Source: Eledone cirrhosa (lineage: Eukaryota). Taken from it: a DNA stretch of 64,000 nucleotides. Location: positions 439,952,001 through 440,016,000 of the forward strand of contig OZ024740.1 of the NCBI GenBank assembly GCA_964016885.1. The letters run 5' to 3'. Positions 49,901 through 61,500 of the stretch are shown here, piece after piece. Each line of letters starts with the position of its first letter. Position 1 is the first letter of the stretch. The translations under genes were made by a program, and so were the position numbers. Under the pieces are notes generated by a model that saw only the letters and a list, made by a program, of their open reading frames with translations, was not told the DNA's origin and ran no database searches.

Positions 49901-52520
49901 CTATACAATAACACCACATGTCTGACATCTATATAATAACACCACAAGTCTGACATCTATATAATAACACCACAAGTCTGACATCTATACAATAATACCA
50001 TATGTCTGACATCTATACAATAATACCACATGTCTGACATCTATACAATAATACCACATGTCTGACATCTATATAATAACACCACAAGTCTGACATCTAT
50101 ATAATAACACCACATGTCTGACATCTATATAATAACACCGCATGTGACATCTATATAATAACACCACATGTCTGACAACTATAAATTAACACCACATGTC
50201 TGACATCTATATAATAACACCACAAGTCTGACATCTATATAATAACACCACAAATCTGACATCTATATAATAACACCACAAGTCTGACATCTATATAATA
50301 ACACCACATGTCTGATATCTATATAATAACACCACAAATCTGACATCTATATAATAACACCACATGTCTGACATCTATATAATAACACCACATGTATGAC
50401 ATCTATATAATAACACATGTCTGACATCTATATAATAACACCAGATGTCTGACATCTATATAATAACACCACATGTGACATCGATATAATAACACCACAC
50501 GTCTGACATCTATATAATAACACCATATGTCTGACATCAATATAATAACACCAGAAGTCTGACATCTATTTAATAACACCACAAGTCTGACATCTATACA
50601 ATAATATCACATGTCTGACATCTATATAATAACACCAGATGTCTGACATCTATATAATAACACCACATGTGACACATATATAATAACACCACATGTCTGA
50701 CATCTATATAATAACACCACATGTCTGGCATCTATATAATAACACCACATGTCTGACGTCTATATAATAACAGCACATGTCTGACATCTATATAATAGCA
50801 TAACATGTCTGACATCTATACAATAACACCACATGTCTGACATCTATATAATAACACCACAAGTCTGACATCTATATAATAACACCACAAGTCTGACATC
50901 TATATAATAACACCAGATGTCTGACATCTATATAATAACACCAGATGTCTGACATCAATGTAATAACACCACATGTCTGCCATCTATATAATAACACCAC
51001 ATCTCTGACATCTATATAATAACACCACATGTATGACATCTATATAATAACACATGTCTGACATCTATATAATAACACCAGATGTCTGACATCTATATAA
51101 TAACACCACATGTGACATCGATATAATAACACCACACGTCTGACATCTATATAATAACACCATATGTCTGACATCAATATAATAACACCAGAAGTCTGAC
51201 ATCTATTTAATAACACCACAAGTCTGACATCTATACAATAATATCACATGTCTGACATCTATATAATAACACCAGATGTCTGACATATATATAATAACAC
51301 CACATGTCTGACATGTATATAATTACATCACAAATCTCACATCTATATAATAACACCACAAGTCTGACATCTATACAATAATACCACATGTCTGACATCT
51401 ATATAATAACACCAGATGTCTGACATCTATATAATAACACCACAAGTGACATCTATATAATAACACCACATGTCTGACATCTATATAATAACACCACAAG
51501 TCTGACATCTATATAATAACACCACATGTCTGACATCTATATAATAACATCACATGTGTGACATCTATATAATAACACCACATGTCTGACATCAATCTAA
51601 TAACACCACAAGTCTGACATCTATATAATAACACCACAAGTCTGACATCGATATAATAATACCATATGTCTGACATCTATATAATAACACCACATCTCTG
51701 ACATCTATATAATAACACCACAAGTCTGACATCTATATAATAACACCACATGTCTGACGTCTATATAATAACACCAGAGGCCTGACATCTATATAAGAAC
51801 ACAACATGTCTGACATCTATATAATAACACCATATGTCTGACATCTATATAATAACACCATAAGTCTGACATCTATTTAATAACACCACAAGTCTGACAT
51901 CTATACAATAATACCACATGTCTGACATCTATATAATAACACCAGATGTCTGACATCTATATAATAACACAACATGTGACATATATAATAACACCACATG
52001 TCTGACATCTATATAATAACACCACATGTCTGACATCTATATAATAACACCAGATGTCTAACATCTATATAATAACACATGTATGACATCTATATAATAA
52101 CACCACATGTCTGACATCTATATAATAACACCACACGTCTGACATCTATATAATAACACCACATGTCTGACATCTATATAATAACACCACATGTCTGACA
52201 TATATATAATAACACCAGATGTCTGACAGCTATATAATAACACCACATGTGACGTCTATATAATAACACAACATGTCTGACATCTATATAATAACACAAC
52301 ATGTCTGACATCTATATAATAACACCAGATGTTTGACATCTATATAATAACACCACCTGTCTGACATCTATATAATAACACCACAAGTCTGACATCTATA
52401 TAGTAACACCAGAGGCCTGACATCTATATAATAACACCACAAGTCTGACATATATATAATAACACCACAAGTCTCACATCTATATAATAACACCAGATGT
52501 CTGACATCTATATAATAACA
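43920..52520. repeat. Tandem duplication, unit about 4300 bp, spanning the domain boundary
   Basis: CATGGCTGAC 44093/48394 and ACAGTACATG 44420/48721 give an offset of 4301. After a 1-bp deletion at about 49637 the offset is 4300: TCTCACGTCT 45481/49781 and CCAGAGG 47477/51777. Confidence 0.87.
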
Positions 52521-55500
52521 CCAGATGTCTGACATCAATATAATAACACCACATGTCTGCCATCTATATAATAACACCACATCTCTGACATCTATATAAT
52601 AACACCACATGTCTGACATCTATATAATAACACCACAAGTCTGACATCTATATAATAACACCACATGTCCTGACATCTATATAATAACACCACAAGTCTG
52701 ACATCTATATAGTAACACCACAAGTCTGACATCTATACTATATTACCAGATGTCTGACATATATATAATAACACCACATGTCTGACATCTATATAATTAC
52801 ATCACAAATCTCACATCTATATAATAACACCACAAGTCTGACATCTATACAATAATACCACATGTCTGACATCTATATAATAACACCACATGTCTGACAT
52901 CTATATAATAACACCACAAGTGACATCTATATAATAACACCACATGTCTGACATCTATATAATAACACCACAAGTCTGACATCTATATAATAACACCACA
53001 TGTCTGACATCTATATAATAACATCACATGTGTGACATCTATATAATAACACCACATGTCTGACATCAATCTAATAACACCACAAGTCTGACATCTATAT
53101 AATAACACCACAAGTCTGACATCGATATAATAATACCATATGTCTGACATCTATATAATAACACCACATCTCTGACATCTATATAATAACACCACAAGTC
53201 TGACATCTATATAATAACACCACATGTCTGACATCTATATAATAACACCACAAGTCTGACGTCTATATAATAACACCAGAGGCCTGACATCTATATAATA
53301 ACACAACATGTCTGACATCTATATAATAACACCATATGTCTGACATCTATATAATAACACCATAAGTCTGACATCTATTTAATAACACCACAAGTCTGAC
53401 ATCTATACAATAATACCACATGTCTGACATCTATATAATAACACCAGATGTCTGACATCTATATAATAACACCACATGTGACACATATACTAACACCACA
53501 TGTCTGACATCTATATAATAACACCACATGTCTGACATCTATATAATAGCACCAGATGTCTAACATCTATATAATAACACATGTATTACATCTATATAAT
53601 AACACCACATGTCTGACATCTATATAATAACACCACACGTCTGACATCTATGTAATAACACCACATGTCTGACATCTATATAATAACACCACATGTCTGA
53701 CATATATATAATAACACCACATGTCTGACATCTATATAATAACACCACAAGTCTGACATCTATATAATAACACCACATGTCTGACATCTATATAATAACA
53801 CCACAAGTCTGACATCTATATAATAACACCACAAGTCTGAGATCTATACAATAATACCAGATGTCTGACATCTATATAATAACACCACATGTCTGACTTC
53901 TATATAATAACACCACATGTCTGACATCTATATAATAACAGCACATGTCTGACATCTATATAATAGCACCACATGTCTGATATCTATACAATAACACCAC
54001 ATGTCTGACATCTATATAATAACACCACAAGTCTGACATCTATATAATAACACCACAAGTCTGACATCTATACAATAATACCATATGTCTGACATCTATA
54101 CAATAATACCACATGTCTGACATCTATACAATAATACCACATGTCTGACATCTATATAATAACACCACAAGTCTGACATCTATATAATAACACCACATGT
54201 CTGACATCTATATAATAACACCGCATGTGACATCTATATAATAACACCACATGTCTGACAACTATAAATTAACACCACATGTCTGACATCTATATAATAA
54301 CACCACAAGTCTGACATCTATATAATAACACCACAAATCTGACATCTATATAATAACACCACAAGTCTGACATCTATATAATAACACCACATGTCTGATA
54401 TCTATATAATAACACCACAATTCTGACATCTATATAATAACACCACATGTCTGACATCTATATAATAACACCACATGTATGACATCTATATAATAACACA
54501 TGTCTGACATCTATATAATAACACCAGATGTCTGACATCTATATAATAACACCACATGTGACATCGATATAATAACACCACACGTCTGACATCTATATAA
54601 TAACACCATATGTCTGACATCAATATAATAACACCAGAAGTCTGACATCTATTTAATAACACCACAAGTCTGACATCTATACAGTAATATCACATGTCTG
54701 ACATCTATATAATAACACCAGATGTCTGACATCTATATAATAACACCACATGTGACATATATATAATAACACCACATGTCTGACATCTATATAATAACAC
54801 CACATGTCTGGCATCTATATAATAACACCACATGTCTGACGTCTATATAATAACAGCACATGTCTGACATCTATATAATAGCATCACATGTCTGACATCT
54901 ATACAATAACACCACATGTCTGACATCTATATAATAACACCACAAGTCTGACATCTATATAATAACACCAGATGTCTGACATCTATATAATAACACCAGA
55001 TGTCTGACATCAATATAATAACACCACATGTCTGCCATCTATATAATAACACCACATCTCTGACATCTATATAATAACACCACATGTCTGACATCTATAT
55101 AATAACACCACATGTCCCGACATCTATATAATAACACCACAAGTCTGACATCTATACTATATTACCAGATGTCTGACATATATATAATAACACCACATGT
55201 CTGACATGTATATAATTACATCACAAATCTCACATCTATATAATAACACCACAAGTCTGACATCTATACAATAATACCACATGTCTGACATCTATATAAT
55301 AACACCAGATGTCTGACATCTATATAATAACACCACAAGTGACATCTATATAATAACACCACATGTCTGACATCTATATAATAACACCACAAGTCTGACA
55401 TCTATATAATAACACCACATGTCTGACATCTATATAATAACATCACATGTGTGACATCTATATAATAACACCACATGTCTGACATCAATTTAATAACACC

Positions 55501-58500
55501 ACAAGTCTGACATCTATATAATAACACCACAAGTCTGACATCGATATAATAATACCATATGTCTGACATCTATATAATAACACCACATCTCTGACATCTA
55601 TATAATAACACCACAAGTCTGACATCTATATAATAACACCACATGTCTGACATCTATATAATAACACCACAAGTCTGACGTCTATATAATAACACCAGAG
55701 GCCTGACATCTATATAATAACACAACATGTCTGACATCTATATAATAACACCATATGTCTGACATCTATATAATAACACCATAAGTCTGACATCTATTTA
55801 ATAACACCACAAGTCTGACATCTATACAATAATACCACATGTCTGACATCTATATAATAACACCAGATGTCTGACATCTATATAATAACACAACATGTGA
55901 CATATATAATAACACCACATGTCTGACATCTATATAATAACACCACATGTCTGACATCTATATAATAACACCAGATGTCTAACATCTATATAATAACACA
56001 TGTATGACATCTATATAATAACACCACATGTCTGACATCTATATAATAACACCACACGTCTGACATCTATATAATAACACCACATGCCTGACATCTATAT
56101 AATAACACCACATGTCTGACATATATATAATAACACCAGATGTCTGACAGCTATATAATAACACCACATGTGACGTCTATATAATAACACAACATGTCTG
56201 ACATCTATATAATAACACAACATGTCTGACATCTATATAATAACACCAGATGTTTGACATCTATATAATAACACCACCTGTCTGACATCTATATAATAAC
56301 ACCACAAGTCTGACATCTATATAATAACACCAGAGGCCTGACATCTATATAATAACACCACAAGTCTGACATATATATAATAACACCACAAGTCTGACAT
56401 CTATATAATAACACCAGATGTGTGACATCTATATAATAACACCAGATGTCTGACATCAATATAATAACACCACATGTCTGCCATCTATATAATAACACCA
56501 CATCTCTGACATCTATATAATAACACCACATGTCTGACATCTATATAATAACACCACAAGTCTGACATCTATATAATAACACCACATGTCCTGACATCTA
56601 TATAATAACACCACAAGTCTGACATCTATATAGTAACACCACAAGTCTGACATCTATACTATATTACCAGATGTCTGACATATATATAATAACACCACAT
56701 GTCTGACATCTATATAATTTCATCACAAATCTCACATCTATATAATAACACCACAAGTCTGACATCTATACAATAATACCACATGTCTAACATCTATATA
56801 ATAACACCAGATGTCTGACATCTATATAATAACACCACAAGTGACATCTATATAATAACACCACATGTCTGACATCTATATAATAACACCACAAGTCTGA
56901 CATCTATATAATAACACCACAAGTCTGACATCGATATAATAATACCATATGTCTGACATCTATATAATAACACCACATCTCTGACATCTATATAATAACA
57001 CCACAAGTCTGACATCTATATAATAACACCACATGTCTGACATCTATATAATAACACCACAAGTCTGACGTCTATATAATAACACCAGAGGCCTGACATC
57101 TATATAATAACACAACATGTCTGACATCTATATAATAACACCATATGTCTGACATCTATATAATAACACCATAAGTCTGACATCTATTTAATAACACCAC
57201 AAGTCTGACATCTATACAATAATACCACATGTCTGACATCTATATAATAACACCAGATGTCTGACATCTATATAATAACACCACATGTGACATATATAAT
57301 AACACCACATGTCTGACATCTATATAATAACACCACATGTCTGACATCTATATAATAGCACCAGATGTCTAACATCTATATAATAACACATGTATGACAT
57401 CTATATAATAACACCACATGTCTGACATCTATATAATAACACCACACGTCTGACATCTATATAATAACACCAGATGTCTGACATCTATATAATAACACCA
57501 CATGTGACATATATATAATAACACCACATGTCTGACATCTATATAATAACACCACATGTCTGGCATCTATATAATAACACCACATGTCTGACGTCTATAT
57601 AATAACAGCACATGTCTGACATCTATATAATAGCATCACATGTCTGACATCTATACAATAACACCACATGTCTGACATCTATATAATAACACCACAAGTC
57701 TGACATCTATATAATAACACCACAAGTCTGACATCTATATAATAACACCAGATGTCTGACATCTATATAATAACACCAGATGTCTGACATCAATATAATA
57801 ACACCACATGTCTGCCATCTATATAATAACACCACATCTCTGACATCTATATAATAACACCACATGTCTGACATCTATATAATAACACCACAAGTCTGAC
57901 ATCTATATAATAACACCACATGTCCTGACATCTATATAATAACACCACAAGTCTGACATCTATATAGTAACACCACAAGTCTGACATATATACTATATTA
58001 CCAGATGTCTGACATATATATAATAACACCACATGTCTGACATGTATATAATTACATCACAAATCTCACATCTATATAATAACACCACAAGTCTGACATC
58101 TATACAATAATACCACATGTCTGACATCTATATAATAACACCAGATGTCTGACATCTATATAATAACACCACAAGTGACATCTATATAATAACACCACAT
58201 GTCTGACATCTATATAATAACACCACAAGTCTGACATCTATATAATAACACCACATGTCTGACATCTATATAATAACATCACATGTGTGAAATCTATATA
58301 ATAACACCACATGTCTGACATCAATCTAATAACACCACAAGTCTGACATCTATATAATAACACCACAAGTCTGACATCGATATAATAATACCATATGTCT
58401 GACATCTATATAATAACACCACATCTCTGACATCTATATAATAACACCACAAGTCTGACATCTATATAATAACACCACATGTCTGACATCTATATAATAA

Positions 58501-61500
58501 CACCACAAGTCTGACGTCTATATAATAACACCAGAGGCCTGACATCTATATAATAACACAACATGTCTGACATCTATATAATAACACCATATGTCTGACA
58601 TCTATATAATAACACCATAAGTCTGACATCTATTTAATAACACCACAAGTCTGACATCTATACAATAATACCACATGTCTGACATCTATATAATAACACC
58701 AGATGTCTGACATCTATATAATAACACAACATGTGACATATATAATAACACCACATGTCTGACATCTATATAATAACACCACATGTCTGACATCTATATA
58801 ATAACACCAGATGTCTAACATCTATATAATAACACATGTATGACATCTATATAATATCACCACATGTGATGTCTATATAATAACACAACATGTCTGACAT
58901 CTATATAATAACACGACATGTCTGACATCTATATAATAACACCAGATGTTTGACATCTATATAATAACACCACATGTCTGCCATCTATATAATAACACCA
59001 CATCTCTGACATCTATATAATAACACCACAAGTCTGACATCTATATAATAACACCACCTGTCTGACATCTATATAATAACACCACAAGTCTGACATCTAT
59101 ATAATAACACCAGAGGCCTGACATCTATATAATAACACCACAAGTCTGACATATATATAATAACACCACAAGTCTGACATCTATATAATAACACCAGATG
59201 TCTGACATCTATATAATAACACCAGATGTCTGACATCAATATAATAACACCACATGTCTGCCATCTATATAATAACACCACATCTCTGACATCTATATAA
59301 TAACACCACATGTCTGACATCTATATAATAACACCACAAGTCTGACATCTATATAATAACACCACATGTCCTGACATCTATATAATAACACCACAAGTCT
59401 GACATCTATATAGTAACACCACAAGTCTGACATCTATACTATATTACCAGATGTCTGACATATATATAATAACACCACATGTCTGACATCTATATAATTT
59501 CATCACAAATCTCACATCTATATAATAACACCACAAGTCTGACATCTATACAATAATACCACATGTCTAACATCTATATAATAACACCAGATGTCTGACA
59601 TCTATATAATAACACCACAAGTGACATCTATATAATAACACCACATGTCTGACATCTATATAATAACACCACAAGTCTGACATCTATATAATAACACCAC
59701 AAGTCTGACATCGATATAATAATACCATATGTCTGACATCTATATAATAACACCACATCTCTGACATCTATATAATAACACCACAAGTCTGACATCTATA
59801 TAATAACACCACATGTCTGACATCTATATAATAACACCACAAGTCTGACGTCTATATAATAACACCAGAGGCCTGACATCTATATAATAACACAACATGT
59901 CTGACATCTATATAATAACACCATATGTCTGACATCTATATAATAACACCATAAGTCTGACATCTATTTAATAACACCACAAGTCTGACATCTATACAAT
60001 AATACCACATGTCTGACATCTATATAATAACACCAGATGTCTGACATCTATATAATAACACCACATGTGACATATATAATAACACCACATGTCTGACATC
60101 TATATAATAACACCACATGTCTGACATCTATATAATAGCACCAGATGTCTAACATCTATATAATAACACATGTATGACATCTATATAATAACACCACATG
60201 TCTGACATCTATATAATAACACCACACGTCTGACATCTATATAATAACACCAGATGTCTGACATCTATATAATAACACCACATGTGACATATATATAATA
60301 ACACCACATGTCTGACATCTATATAATAACACCACATGTCTGGCATCTATATAATAACACCACATGTCTGACGTCTATATAATAACAGCACATGTCTGAC
60401 ATCTATATAATAGCATCACATGTCTGACATCTATACAATAACACCACATGTCTGACATCTATATAATAACACCACAAGTCTGACATCTATATAATAACAC
60501 CACAAGTCTGACATCTATATAATAACACCAGATGTCTGACATCTATATAATAACACCAGATGTCTGACATCAATATAATAACACCACATGTCTGCCATCT
60601 ATATAATAACACCACATCTCTGACATCTATATAATAACACCACATGTCTGACATCTATATAATAACACCACAAGTCTGACATCTATATAATAACACCACA
60701 TGTCCTGACATCTATATAATAACACCACAAGTCTGACATCTATATAGTAACACCACAAGTCTGACATATATACTATATTACCAGATGTCTGACATATATA
60801 TAATAACACCACATGTCTGACATGTATATAATTACATCACAAATCTCACATCTATATAATAACACCACAAGTCTGACATCTATACAATAATACCACATGT
60901 CTGACATCTATATAATAACACCAGATGTCTGACATCTATATAATAACACCACAAGTGACATCTATATAATAACACCACATGTCTGACATCTATATAATAA
61001 CACCACAAGTCTGACATCTATATAATAACACCACATGTCTGACATCTATATAATAACATCACATGTGTGAAATCTATATAATAACACCACATGTCTGACA
61101 TCAATCTAATAACACCACAAGTCTGACATCTATATAATAACACCACAAGTCTGACATCGATATAATAATACCATATGTCTGACATCTATATAATAACACC
61201 ACATCTCTGACATCTATATAATAACACCACAAGTCTGACATCTATATAATAACACCACATGTCTGACATCTATATAATAACACCACAAGTCTGACGTCTA
61301 TATAATAACACCAGAGGCCTGACATCTATATAATAACACAACATGTCTGACATCTATATAATAACACCATATGTCTGACATCTATATAATAACACCATAA
61401 GTCTGACATCTATTTAATAACACCACAAGTCTGACATCTATACAATAATACCACATGTCTGACATCTATATAATAACACCAGATGTCTGACATCTATATA

